Assembly (NCBI GenBank): GCA_031363085.1
Contig: JANLTU010000203.1
Coordinates: 5,544-69,543, forward strand
DNA: 64,000 nucleotides
DNA from: Gammaproteobacteria bacterium
GTDB taxonomy: Bacteria; Pseudomonadota; Gammaproteobacteria; SG8-11
Direction: 5' to 3'
Below the pieces are notes generated by a model, which saw only the letters and a program-made list of their open reading frames with translations, was not told the origin of the DNA and did no database searches. Below are positions 18,478-28,253 of this stretch, piece by piece. Positions within the stretch are counted from its first letter, which is position 1; each line of letters starts with the position of its first letter. A program made the translations under genes and the position numbers.

Positions 18478-19416
18478 ATGAACGCCGCCGCCCGTCTTTG
18501 GCTGGGCGGCGTTTTGTTGTCCGGCATGCTGGGGTGCGCGGGCCTGCCGCTGCCGCGTATTGACGAATCGAGCCTAGCCGCGCGGGTCGAGCTCACGGCG
18601 GTGGGGTTTTTTCCGCAAGAAGATCATCAATGCGGCCCGGCAGCGCTGGCCACCGTGCTGCAGGCCGCCGGGGTCGCGGTGACGCCCGAGGAACTCGTTG
18701 CGCAGGTCTATCTGCCGGCACGTCAGGGCAGCCTGCAAGTGGAGCTGCTCGCCGCCACCCGCCGCCACGCGCGCGTGCCTTATCTTCTGGAGCCGCAGCT
18801 TGACAGCGTGCTGCGCGAAGTCGCCGCCGGTCACCCGGTGCTGGTTTTGCAGAATCTCGGTTTGTCGTGGTTGCCGGTGTGGCACTACGCCGTGGTGGTG
18901 GGTTTCGATCTGCCGCAGCGCGAGCTGCTGCTGCGTTCCGGGCGCGAGCCACGCGCAGTGCTGAGCCTGGCCGAATTTGAACGTAGCTGGGGGCTGGCGC
19001 AGCACTGGGCGCTGTTGATCACGCCGCTTGAACAGGTGCCCGCCACGGCTGACGAGACCCGCTATCTCAGCGCGCTGGCGCAGCTTGAGGTGCAGCAGCA
19101 GTTCGCTGTTGCTGCGCGGGGCTACGCGGCAGCGCTGGCGCGTTGGCCGGGCAGCAGCGCCGCACGCTTTGGGCTGGGCAACAGTCGTTTTGGCCTGGGT
19201 GAATTCGTGCAAGCCGAACAGGTCTTTCGCGAAGTGCTGGCGCAACAACCCACGCTCGGCGCCGCGTGGAACAATCTCGCGATGAGCTTGCTCGAACAAC
19301 AGCGCTGGGACGAAGCGCACGACGCTGCGCAGCAAGCGTTCGCGTTGGGCGGGGTGGCTGCAGCGGCGGCGCGCGCCACCTTGGCGGAGGTTCGCATGCG
19401 GCGCGCGCGGCGCTAG
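18478..19416 (+). CDS. PA2778-family-like C39-type cysteine peptidase lipoprotein with C-terminal TPR
   Basis: Lipobox LLSGMLGC. QEDHQCGPAALATVLQAAG (catalytic Cys context) and HYAVVVGFD (His). TPR-like C-terminus (ARGYAAALARWPGSSAARFGLGN...). Confidence 0.65.
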   Translation: MNAAARLWLGGVLLSGMLGCAGLPLPRIDESSLAARVELTAVGFFPQEDHQCGPAALATVLQAAGVAVTPEELVAQVYLPARQGSLQVELLAATRRHARVPYLLEPQLDSVLREVAAGHPVLVLQNLGLSWLPVWHYAVVVGFDLPQRELLLRSGREPRAVLSLAEFERSWGLAQHWALLITPLEQVPATADETRYLSALAQLEVQQQFAVAARGYAAALARWPGSSAARFGLGNSRFGLGEFVQAEQVFREVLAQQPTLGAAWNNLAMSLLEQQRWDEAHDAAQQAFALGGVAAAAARATLAEVRMRRARR

Positions 19417-19449
19417 TAGCACGACTATTCTTCGTTAACACTGAGCTGG

Positions 19450-20412
19450 ATGCGACCCACCATGGACCAACAAATTTATTCTGCACTGGAAGCTCGCCTG
19501 GGGCGGGTGTATCTGCAGCAACGCCTGGGCATCGAAACCGATAACGAGGCGCGCGTGTTCGGGCAGGGGATTAATTTTTTCCACATCGAGAATTGGTATT
19601 CGATTCACGGCGTGATTCGCGGCGTGCTGCGCTGTGTGGGTCTGCACGCGCGCGGCCAACGCAATGGCCTGCAACTACGCGTGACGCATAACGACCTGGT
19701 GCTGCGTGATTTGCCGGCGGCATTTGCAGGGTTCCGTATTTTGCACATCACTGATTTGCATCTGGACATGAACGCGCAGGTGCCGCACGCCTTGATCGAG
19801 CGCGTGCGTGATATCGATTACGACCTGTGTGTGCTGACCGGCGATTTTCGCGGCAAAACCTACGGGCCATACGACGCCGCCGTTGCGGCCATGCAACGGG
19901 TGCGGGTGCACCTGAAGGAGCCGGTGTTTGGCATTTTAGGCAATCATGACTCGATTCGCATGGTGCCGGGCTTCGAAGCGGCCGGCGTGCGCATGTTGCT
20001 CAACGAAGCGGTGCCGATCGAACGCGCCGGGCAGGTGATTTATCTGGCGGGCGTGGATGACGCGCACTACTACCGCGTCGCCAATATTGAACGCGCGGCA
20101 CGCGATATTCCGCCTGCGGCGACGGCGATTCTGCTGTCGCACACGCCGGAAATTTTCCGGCACGCGGCGCATTCGGGCTTTGCGGCGATGTTGTCCGGCC
20201 ACACGCACGGCGGGCAAATCTGCTTGCCGGGCGGTATTCCACTGATGCTGAACGCGCGTTGCCCGAAGCGTTTTTGTGCCGGCGCATGGCGCTTTCACGA
20301 CATGCAAGGCTACACCTCGGTGGGCTCGGGTGTGTCGATTGTGGACGTGCGTTTTAATTGTCCGCCCGAAGTGGTGGTGCACACGCTGCGCTGTGGTGCT
20401 CCGGCCAATTAA
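19450..20412 (+). CDS. Metallophosphoesterase (YaeI-like)
   Basis: ILHITDLHLD, TGDF, ILGNHD and SGHTHGGQ calcineurin-like motifs. Confidence 0.85.
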   Translation: MRPTMDQQIYSALEARLGRVYLQQRLGIETDNEARVFGQGINFFHIENWYSIHGVIRGVLRCVGLHARGQRNGLQLRVTHNDLVLRDLPAAFAGFRILHITDLHLDMNAQVPHALIERVRDIDYDLCVLTGDFRGKTYGPYDAAVAAMQRVRVHLKEPVFGILGNHDSIRMVPGFEAAGVRMLLNEAVPIERAGQVIYLAGVDDAHYYRVANIERAARDIPPAATAILLSHTPEIFRHAAHSGFAAMLSGHTHGGQICLPGGIPLMLNARCPKRFCAGAWRFHDMQGYTSVGSGVSIVDVRFNCPPEVVVHTLRCGAPAN

Positions 20413-20891
20413 TACGGCCGGTCGCGCAAGTGTAATTTGAACAGCAAGCGCGACAGCAATAACTCGATGACAATAAATGACAACACCAGCGCAACGATTC
20501 GCGTCGCGCTTAAGTCTGCGTATGCTTGCACCGCTAGCAATGGCAGCAGCGACTCCGGGATTTGATCGAGCCCCAAGGTCTGGTTGCTGGGCGCGACGCG
20601 CAAACGGCGCTTGATGAAGCTGGAAACCAAATCGCCCAGCATCGCGCCCCCGGCAATCAACACGCCGATCCGCGCCGGCAGGCCCAACACTAGCGCGCCC
20701 GGAATTGTCACCGCAAACGCGCTGAGCAGACCACGCCAAGTCTTAGCCGGGCCGAGCCAGGCTTGGCCGTCGCGCCGGCGCCGGCCGCCGTCGATGGGAA
20801 AAGTCCAGTGCCCGCGCAGCACATCGCCGATGATGATCGGCGCGCCGTTGGCGACGATGATGAGCCCGAGTAATTTAAGTTCAATCCACAT
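20409..20891 (-). CDS. CDP-archaeol synthase-like (DUF46/CarS family) membrane protein
   Basis: Internal ATG at 20891 gives MWIELKLLGLIIVANGAPII...GPAKTWRGLLSAF...MLGDLVSSFIKRRL..., typical DUF46 signatures. 160 aa. Confidence 0.65.
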   Translation of the reverse strand: MWIELKLLGLIIVANGAPIIIGDVLRGHWTFPIDGGRRRRDGQAWLGPAKTWRGLLSAFAVTIPGALVLGLPARIGVLIAGGAMLGDLVSSFIKRRLRVAPSNQTLGLDQIPESLLPLLAVQAYADLSATRIVALVLSFIVIELLLSRLLFKLHLRDRPY

Positions 20892-21184
20892 GAATAACCG
20901 GCCGTGGGCGCATGTCCTGTCATTATAGTGGCCTGCGCGTTGCGGGCTGGGCCGATGAGCGCTTCTTCGGAAAATGTATTTTGCCCCATGCAATGCGAGC
21001 TGATTTATCCGCGTTTCCCCGCGTTTAAAGACATGCAGTGTGCGTGCCGATAGCAAAGCTGTGATTGCCACGCAACCAGCCTATGCGCATGCCGATGCCT
21101 ACGCCGAGCAAGTCGATGTGGTGGTAGGTGCCCATGGCGGAAACCGTGCGGTTGTCAGTGGTGTAGCGTCAGCGGATCGGGATT

Positions 21185-23098
21185 ATGCCTGAGAACAACA
21201 GAATTTTGCTGGTCGACGATGATCGCGACATCCATGAGTATTTTCGCAGAGTGCTATATTCAGTAGCAAGTATTGACAATTATGCGTCAAATGATTTTGA
21301 GCTTGGCCTGCGTGGGGCTGCGCACAACACGATTGCGGCGCGCGGCAAGCCGGCAAAATATGCCGTCGACTCCGCGTACCAGGGTGAACAAGCGTTGGAA
21401 ATGATGCGCAACGCGCATGCCGAGGGACGACCGTATGCAATGGCCTTCATGGATGTGCGCATGCCGCCGGGTTGGGACGGCATTCAGACCATCGCGCACA
21501 TCTGGAGCGAGGTTCCCTATACCGAGATGGTGATTTGCACAGCATTTTCTGAATACAGTTGGGACGACATCGTGGCCAAGCTGGGTAGCACGGATCGCTT
21601 GTTATTTCTAGCCAAACCCTTCGATGCGACCTCAATAAAACAGATGGCGTTGAGTCTGACAAAAAAGTGGAGCCTGGGTGAAGAAGCGCGCGGTTACGTG
21701 GCGCGCTTGCAGCAGGATGTCAAAGATCGCACGCTGCAATTGGAAAATTTGCTGGACGAGGTGAAGCAGAAGAATCACGAGCTCGAATATTCAGCGCTGC
21801 ACGACAGCCTGACCAATTTGCCGAATCGCGCTTTGTTCAGTGACCGGTTGCGCTACAGCGTCAATTGCGCTGCCCGCGACAACCATAAATTCGGCGTGTT
21901 GCTGCTAGACCTGGATCGCTTCAAGGAAATAAACGATGCGCGCGGGCACGATGCCGGTGATCACGTGCTGCGCGAAGTCGGCAAGCGGCTGTGCGAGGTG
22001 CTGCGTGGCAGCGATACCGTGGCACGGATGGGCGGAGACGAGTTCGCCGTCATTCTGCACAATGCCAATAAAGAAGCCTGTATGCACGTGGCAAAAAAAA
22101 TAAGTCACGCAATGGAACCTGCAATTTTGGTGGATGGCCGTTCGGTCATTATCGCCGCGAGCGTGGGCATTGCCATGTATCCGGAGCATGGTGAAAACGA
22201 GGTGGAGTTGCTAAAAAACGCTGACGTGGCGATGTACGACGCCAAGAGCGCAGGAGCCGGATTTTCGATCTTCGACAGCGAGGAGAATACCCGTCGCACC
22301 AATCGATTGAAGCTCATTGCCGACCTTGATGATGCCATTACGAATAGTCGTCTGTCGCTGCACTACCAGCCGGTCGTCGATCTGAAGGCCAATCAGGTGC
22401 GCGGCGTCGAAGCGCTGTGCCGCTGGCTACATCCCGAACGCGGTGTTATTCCGCCCGATGATTTTATTGCGCTGGCCGAGCAGAAAAATTTAATTCAAGC
22501 CCTGACTCTGTGGGTGCTGGACACGGCGCTGGCACAATGCGCGGCGTGGCACGCGCAGGGCTTGCAGCTCGGTATGTCGGTGAATCTGTCGACGCGTAAT
22601 TTCCTCGATCCCGAGCTGCCTGAAAAAATACAAAACTACCTGGAAAAATGGCGTGTGCCGGCCCATTGGTTGAGTTTGGAGATCACCGAAAGCATGACCA
22701 TGTCCGATCCTGCGAATGCCTTGGAAATCATCCGCACGCTTGATGCGATGGGGGTGAAGATTTCCATCGACGACTTCGGCACCGGTTATTCGTCGTTAGC
22801 TTATTTGAAAAAGCTGCCGGTGGACGAGCTCAAGATTGATCGCTCGTTTGTGCTCGATCTGGACAAGGATAAAGACAACCAGATGATCGTACGCTCCACC
22901 ATTGATCTGGCGCATTCGCTTGGACTGAGCGTGGTCGCGGAAGGCATTGAATCGGAGTCCGTTATGAAAATGCTCAACGGCTACGGTTGTGACAAGGTGC
23001 AGGGCTACTATTTATGCAAACCCAAACCAGCCGAAGACGTGACACGCTGGTTACAGGAATCGCACTGGGGTTTGGGGGCGATGCGCACGGCGTCATGA
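21185..23098 (+). CDS. Response regulator receiver + GGDEF + EAL (c-di-GMP turnover)
   Basis: ILLVDDDRDIHEYF...FMDVRMPPGWDG (REC), RMGGDEFAVIL (GGDEF), EALCRW...EITE...DDFGTGYSSL (EAL). Confidence 0.9.
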   Translation: MPENNRILLVDDDRDIHEYFRRVLYSVASIDNYASNDFELGLRGAAHNTIAARGKPAKYAVDSAYQGEQALEMMRNAHAEGRPYAMAFMDVRMPPGWDGIQTIAHIWSEVPYTEMVICTAFSEYSWDDIVAKLGSTDRLLFLAKPFDATSIKQMALSLTKKWSLGEEARGYVARLQQDVKDRTLQLENLLDEVKQKNHELEYSALHDSLTNLPNRALFSDRLRYSVNCAARDNHKFGVLLLDLDRFKEINDARGHDAGDHVLREVGKRLCEVLRGSDTVARMGGDEFAVILHNANKEACMHVAKKISHAMEPAILVDGRSVIIAASVGIAMYPEHGENEVELLKNADVAMYDAKSAGAGFSIFDSEENTRRTNRLKLIADLDDAITNSRLSLHYQPVVDLKANQVRGVEALCRWLHPERGVIPPDDFIALAEQKNLIQALTLWVLDTALAQCAAWHAQGLQLGMSVNLSTRNFLDPELPEKIQNYLEKWRVPAHWLSLEITESMTMSDPANALEIIRTLDAMGVKISIDDFGTGYSSLAYLKKLPVDELKIDRSFVLDLDKDKDNQMIVRSTIDLAHSLGLSVVAEGIESESVMKMLNGYGCDKVQGYYLCKPKPAEDVTRWLQESHWGLGAMRTAS

Positions 23099-23191
23099 TG
23101 CTGACAGTTTCCTGACTTTAAAATTTGTAACGCTGACGACTGGAGAGAGAACGATTGTAACCAAGGGCTGGTATTTTCAGCTTCGGGCAGT

Positions 23192-23224
23192 GGAAATATT
23201 CACGTGGCGATAAGTGAATATTCC
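23192..23224. promoter_or_regulatory. Imperfect inverted repeat GGAAATATTCAC-N10-GTGAATATTCC in the eps upstream region
   Basis: Seen in the 333-nt AT-rich gap between the GGDEF/EAL gene and the first eps gene. Operator or terminator role is unproven. Confidence 0.25.
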
Positions 23225-23431
23225 CGCCATGTTATGCAGACCGTAGTTTATAAAGAGCAGCTTAAAAGCAGCATTTTTATGCTAGACTGCGCCGCCAAAT
23301 TTGCCAATCCAGTCATTGGATTTTTTGGCGTCTTGTAAGCCTCGGTGGGTGCGCTGGCGTACCGACCCCGTTTCGGATTGTGACTACTTTGTGGATCATA
23401 TTTTTTCAACTTTGAAAGACTGATACCGACG

Positions 23432-24058
23432 ATGAAACATAAACAGATTGAGCAGCGTTTCCTCCGCTGGATGATGGGCGCTTGGGTGATGTTATTCCTC
23501 ACCGCCTGTGCCGCACCTCAAGTAATCCCGGCACCCGCCGCCACCTTCAGTAATCCGGAATATGTCATCGGGGCGGGGGATACCCTACAGGTGTTTGTGT
23601 GGCGCAACCCGGAACTTTCTCTAACGATTCCGGTGCGCCCCGACGGCCGCATCTCCACACCGCTGGTGGAAGAGCTGGTGGTCGCCAACAAGACGCCGGC
23701 GCAAGTGGCACGTGAGGTTGAAAAACGTCTCAGTGCGTATTTGAAAGATCCGCTGGTGACCGTCATCGTGACCACTTTTGTCGGGCCCTATAACCAACAA
23801 GTGCGTGTACTGGGTGCGGCGACACGGCCGCAAGTGCTGCCGTATCGCGCCAATATGACCGTGTTGGACGTCATCATCGCGGTGGGTGGACTGACTAATC
23901 TGGCTGCCGGCAATAAGGCCACCATCTCGCGCACGATTAATGGTCAAGTCACGCAGTTTGCGGTGCGTCTGAACGATTTGATCCGTGATGGCGATATCCG
24001 CGCGAATGTCGAAATGGCGCCCGGCGACATTTTGCTTATCCCCGAGTCTTGGTTTTAG
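23432..24058 (+). CDS. Polysaccharide export protein (Wza-like, PEP-CTERM/XrtA locus type)
   Basis: Lipoprotein signal LFLTAC. PEYVIGAGDTLQVFVWRNPELS (Poly_export motif) and an SLBB-like C-terminus. Confidence 0.85.
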   Translation: MKHKQIEQRFLRWMMGAWVMLFLTACAAPQVIPAPAATFSNPEYVIGAGDTLQVFVWRNPELSLTIPVRPDGRISTPLVEELVVANKTPAQVAREVEKRLSAYLKDPLVTVIVTTFVGPYNQQVRVLGAATRPQVLPYRANMTVLDVIIAVGGLTNLAAGNKATISRTINGQVTQFAVRLNDLIRDGDIRANVEMAPGDILLIPESWF

Positions 24059-24079
24059 TGTGTTAGCGAAGGCATCGTC

Positions 24080-25630
24080 ATGAACGAGTTAATGTCACAA
24101 TTGTCAAGCTATGCGCGCACTACGTGGCGTTACCGCTGGTATAGCCAGTTGGTGGCGTGGCCGGTGTGTTTTATCGGGTGGTTGGTGGTGTACATGATGC
24201 CGAATCAATATGACGCGACCGCGCGGGTGTACATCGACACGCAATCCATGCTACGTCCGTTGCTGCAAGGGTTAGCGGTTCAGACCAATGTGGCGGAACA
24301 AATCCAGGGGATGATGCGAACCCTGCTCAGCCGCCCGAATCTTGAAAAAGTAGCGCGCATGTCTGACCTCGACATGCAGGCTAAAACACCTGAAGAAATG
24401 GAACTGCTGTTGAATCGTCTGGGCAAAAAAATCGTGCTGACCAACGCCGGCCGCGAAAATCTCTTCAGTATTTCGTATACCTACCAAAAGCCCGAAGTCG
24501 CGAAGCAGGTGGTGCAGTCGTTGTTGACCGTGTTCGTGGAAAGCAGTCTGGGCGACACGCGCAAGGATTCGAGCGCAGCGCAGCAATTCATTGACGAACA
24601 GATTAAAGAATATGAAGAGAAGCTGTCTTCGGCTGAAGATCGCCTGAAAGATTTCAAGCGCCAAAATATCAATGTCATGCCTTCCGAGGGGCGCGGCTAC
24701 TACGAACGCTTGCAGAGTGAGACGGCAGTGCTCGAACGCGCCAAGCTGGAACTTTGGGAATCTGAAAACCGGCGCGATGAATTGCGCCGGCAGCTCGACG
24801 GTGAGGAACCGACCTTCGGATTGATGTCGGAACCGATCAAGACGGCGATCTCACCTGTCGATACCCGTATTCAGGCGTTGCAAACCAAACTGGACGAACT
24901 GCTGCTGAGATACACCGACGAGCATCCCGACGTGACCTCGCTGCGCAAACAAATCGGTGAACTACAAGAGCAGGAGAAAAAGAAGCGTGAGTCGCAAGCG
25001 GGGGCGAGCCCGGGCCGTACCACCACGCTCGAAGCCAATCCGGTCTATCAACGATTAAGAATTGCGCTGGGGGAGTCGGAAGCCAATGTAGCGTCATTGC
25101 GGGTGCGCGTTAAGGAATACAGCAGCCGCATCGTCCAGTTGAACAAGCTGGTCGATACCGTGCCGCAAGTGGAGGCGGAGCTGGCCCGCCTGAATCGCGA
25201 CTATGCGATTAACAAACAAAACTACGAAACGTTAATTGCCCGGCGCGAGTCCGCAAAAATTTCCGAATCGGCGGAACAAAGCTCGGATGCATTGAAGTTT
25301 AAAATTGTCGACCCACCGCGCGTATCGCTCAAACCGGTGGCGCCTAATCGCCCCTTGTTGGCCTCGGCGGTGCTCGTCGGCGGTTTGGGGATGGGAGTTT
25401 TCTTCGCATTTTTCCTATCGCAACTCAAGCCGACCTTTGATCACCATCGTTCCATCATCGAAGCAACCAACGTGCCGGTGCTGGGTTACGTGTCGATGGT
25501 CTCGAACAGCGCGGCACGCAACAAGCTACGGATCGAGGTCATGGCCTTTTCAACAATGACCATCGGTTTGTTCGTGGTGTTTGGATTTTACGTTGCGATG
25601 CAAGTTCTTGCGAACACGTCGGCTCAATAG
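24080..25630 (+). CDS. Polysaccharide chain-length determinant (Wzz-like, XrtA locus type)
   Basis: N-terminal TM helix, a long coiled-coil periplasmic region, and C-terminal TM helices (LLASAVLVGGLGMGVFFAFFL). 516 aa. Confidence 0.8.
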   Translation: MNELMSQLSSYARTTWRYRWYSQLVAWPVCFIGWLVVYMMPNQYDATARVYIDTQSMLRPLLQGLAVQTNVAEQIQGMMRTLLSRPNLEKVARMSDLDMQAKTPEEMELLLNRLGKKIVLTNAGRENLFSISYTYQKPEVAKQVVQSLLTVFVESSLGDTRKDSSAAQQFIDEQIKEYEEKLSSAEDRLKDFKRQNINVMPSEGRGYYERLQSETAVLERAKLELWESENRRDELRRQLDGEEPTFGLMSEPIKTAISPVDTRIQALQTKLDELLLRYTDEHPDVTSLRKQIGELQEQEKKKRESQAGASPGRTTTLEANPVYQRLRIALGESEANVASLRVRVKEYSSRIVQLNKLVDTVPQVEAELARLNRDYAINKQNYETLIARRESAKISESAEQSSDALKFKIVDPPRVSLKPVAPNRPLLASAVLVGGLGMGVFFAFFLSQLKPTFDHHRSIIEATNVPVLGYVSMVSNSAARNKLRIEVMAFSTMTIGLFVVFGFYVAMQVLANTSAQ

Positions 25631-25640
25631 GTAGGCGCGA

Positions 25641-26531
25641 ATGAATTCCATAGAAAAGTTGGTTGACCGGATGATCCATACCGGCAAAATTAATTCGGAC
25701 GCCGGTCTTGCGCCTGCGCCCAGTACGCCGCCGCAGTCGATGCGGGCACCTGCAGCGCATGCGCGCAGTGCAGGCAAAGCGGATATTGCTGTGTTGAATC
25801 TGGCGCAGTTAAAAGCAGCCGGCATGCTAACGCCAGATAACTCTCGCAGTCTGATCGCCGAGGAATATCGCGCCATCAAGCGTCCGTTGCTGAAGAATGC
25901 ATTCAAAACTTCGGCGACCGACGTGATCCATCCCAACTTGATCATGGTGACCAGCGCGATTCCCGGTGAGGGGAAATCGTTTACCTCTATTAATCTCGCG
26001 ATGAGTATCGCCATGGAGCTGGATCATACCGTGTTACTGGTGGAGGCCGACGTCGCCAAGCCCGCCATCGCGCGCTACTTGGGCTTGCCGGAGAATGTAA
26101 AGGGGCTGGTGGATTTTCTTTCCGACGAGCGCATGTCGCTTGAAGAAGTGTTGCTGCCCACTAACGTACCGAAATTGACATTATTACGTGCCGGTAGTTT
26201 TCATCATCAGGCCACCGAGCTGCTGGCCAGTCAAAACATGAGCCGGTTGATCGGCGAGCTGGCGGAGCGCTATGCGGATCGCGTCGTCATTTTCGATGCG
26301 CCGCCGATGCTGGTGTCGAGCGAGGCGGCGGTGTTGTCGTCGCTGGTCGGGCAGATTGTCATGGTGGTCGAGTACGGCAAGACGCCGCAGCGTGTAGTCA
26401 AAGATGCGCTGCACCTTATCGGGCACGACAAGATTGTCGGTGTGGTGTTGAACAAAAGTTACGGTGGTTCGAGCCCGGGATATGGTTACGGATATTACGG
26501 CGTGGTGGGCAAGGGTGATGATCGCGAATAA
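25641..26531 (+). CDS. Exopolysaccharide tyrosine autokinase (BY-kinase, XrtA locus type)
   Basis: Walker A SAIPGEGKSFTSINLA, Walker B VVIFDAPP, and C-terminal Tyr cluster GYGYGYYGVVG. Confidence 0.85.
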   Translation: MNSIEKLVDRMIHTGKINSDAGLAPAPSTPPQSMRAPAAHARSAGKADIAVLNLAQLKAAGMLTPDNSRSLIAEEYRAIKRPLLKNAFKTSATDVIHPNLIMVTSAIPGEGKSFTSINLAMSIAMELDHTVLLVEADVAKPAIARYLGLPENVKGLVDFLSDERMSLEEVLLPTNVPKLTLLRAGSFHHQATELLASQNMSRLIGELAERYADRVVIFDAPPMLVSSEAAVLSSLVGQIVMVVEYGKTPQRVVKDALHLIGHDKIVGVVLNKSYGGSSPGYGYGYYGVVGKGDDRE

Positions 26532-26785
26532 TTGCGGGCCGCATTCCTAACGAATACGGTGTTGTTTTCCTGTATTGATTTTACCCGTGGATGAAGATTG
26601 CCGGTGAGGTGGGGATCGGCGACTCTTGTCGCCGCCGGCGGGTAAGTTCTGCGCTTCTCCACATTATGTGTTTGTTTGCATGCATGGTGTAAATAAGCCC
26701 GCAGCACGGGTTCTGAAGCAATCGAATTTCGCAGTCTTTGCATACTCCACGTCGTAGCATTCTGAATTTTTTATCTCGGTAAATC

Positions 26786-28240
26786 TTGCGAGGATCTGTG
26801 AATTACGTGACACGTCTAAGGTACACAATCGCAGCGCTGCTGGTTGCAGTGGCCGTTCCTGCCGCCGTGCATGCGGCAAATTGGAATGTTGTTCCGAGTG
26901 TGGAAACCACCTTGACCTACGCGAATAACTTTACTTTTGCACCCAAGGGTCGTGAAGAAGGCGAAACCGTATTGGAGGTTAAACCTGCGATCAGCGTGCA
27001 GAGCACCGAAGGCCGAACGCAACTGGGTTTGTTTTACGGAATCGATAATTTGTATTACGCGAATAATTCGGATCGCAATGCCGTGCAGCAATTATTACGG
27101 AGCAACGCAAGCGCCGAGGTGTTGCGCGATCTGTTCTTTGTTACCGCGAGCGGGTCGATTTCTTACCAGTCGGTGAAACCCTCAGCGGCAACCAATCTTG
27201 GCAACCTAGCGATTTTGCAGGATTCAACCGAGGTGACCACCTGGGCCTTGTCTCCCTATTTCAGGCAAACCTTTGGCAGCGCGTTAGACTTGCGCGCGGG
27301 CATGAACCTGAATGTGGTGAATTACAAAAGATTTCTCCCGGACAGTTTTTTGCGCGAGTATTTCGTTAACGCCGCAAGCGGACCCAGCGCGCAAGATTTG
27401 CGCTGGAAGCTCGACCTGCGCAGCAGCCAAGTCTATTACAAGGGAGAGCTCAGCAACTCCAGGCATGACGTGGCGGAGTTGGATCTTCGCTACAAGATTT
27501 TGCCGCAGTGGGCGTTAACCGGTCGCATGGGGTACGTCGACTATAAATATGACTACGACCCGTTGTTTAGCGACGAGCCGAAAGGAAAAACCTGGCGTGC
27601 AGGCGTCGCGTGGGTACCCAGTACGCGCACCGAACTGGAAGTTGGCGTGAGTAAAACTTTCATCAGCCGCGCAAAATACGGTTCGTTCGTTTATCAGGGC
27701 CAGTGGTTGTTCTGGAATGTTAATGTTGATGAAGTTGTCACCGACCGACGCCAGTTGCTACTGGACGATAAGAAACCGGTCACCGATCCCATTCCGCAGC
27801 AGGTGGAAACGGTCAATATCAGCTCCCTCACTGAAAGCCAAGAGGTGTTCGTAAACAAAGCCATGCGCTTACGCACGGGCTACAAATCCGATGACACCGC
27901 AATTGAAGTTTTTGGCTATCGTGATCGTCGGCATTTCCAGAAAACCAACGGTACTGAAGTCGTCAGCGGTGGCGGTGCGACCCTGAGCTTGGTTTTATCG
28001 CGTCAGACCAGTGTTCAAATGGGCGTTAGTCGGGCCAACCTCAAGCCGGCCGACACCAGCCCTGAAACAAGCAGCACTAGCACCAAAACAACCGACCTCT
28101 CGGCGTCGTTGCTGCGCACTTTCGGCACGGGACTGCACGCGTCGCTCAACGTGCAGCGCCGTGCGGGGCAGTCGACGGATGAGCTGCAAACAGATTTCGT
28201 CGCGTACCTGATTTCGGTGCGCGTGCGGATGGATTTTTAA
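26786..28240 (+). CDS. PEP-CTERM system-associated outer-membrane beta-barrel protein
   Basis: Signal peptide ...LLVAVAVPAAVHA. Alternating beta-strand pattern and C-terminal ...YLISVRVRMDF (aromatic terminus). Start uncertain (TTG 26786 or GTG 26798/26807). Confidence 0.65.
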   Translation: MRGSVNYVTRLRYTIAALLVAVAVPAAVHAANWNVVPSVETTLTYANNFTFAPKGREEGETVLEVKPAISVQSTEGRTQLGLFYGIDNLYYANNSDRNAVQQLLRSNASAEVLRDLFFVTASGSISYQSVKPSAATNLGNLAILQDSTEVTTWALSPYFRQTFGSALDLRAGMNLNVVNYKRFLPDSFLREYFVNAASGPSAQDLRWKLDLRSSQVYYKGELSNSRHDVAELDLRYKILPQWALTGRMGYVDYKYDYDPLFSDEPKGKTWRAGVAWVPSTRTELEVGVSKTFISRAKYGSFVYQGQWLFWNVNVDEVVTDRRQLLLDDKKPVTDPIPQQVETVNISSLTESQEVFVNKAMRLRTGYKSDDTAIEVFGYRDRRHFQKTNGTEVVSGGGATLSLVLSRQTSVQMGVSRANLKPADTSPETSSTSTKTTDLSASLLRTFGTGLHASLNVQRRAGQSTDELQTDFVAYLISVRVRMDF

Positions 28241-28253
28241 TTTGGGAGACGCT

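Noticed and set aside
23326-23340. Sigma-54-like element TGGCGT-N5-AAGC, 92 nt upstream of the first eps gene
   Set aside because: The GG-N10-GC spacing is right, but the -12 region reads AAGC rather than TTGC, and no enhancer-binding protein gene is in the window. The evidence is too weak to call.
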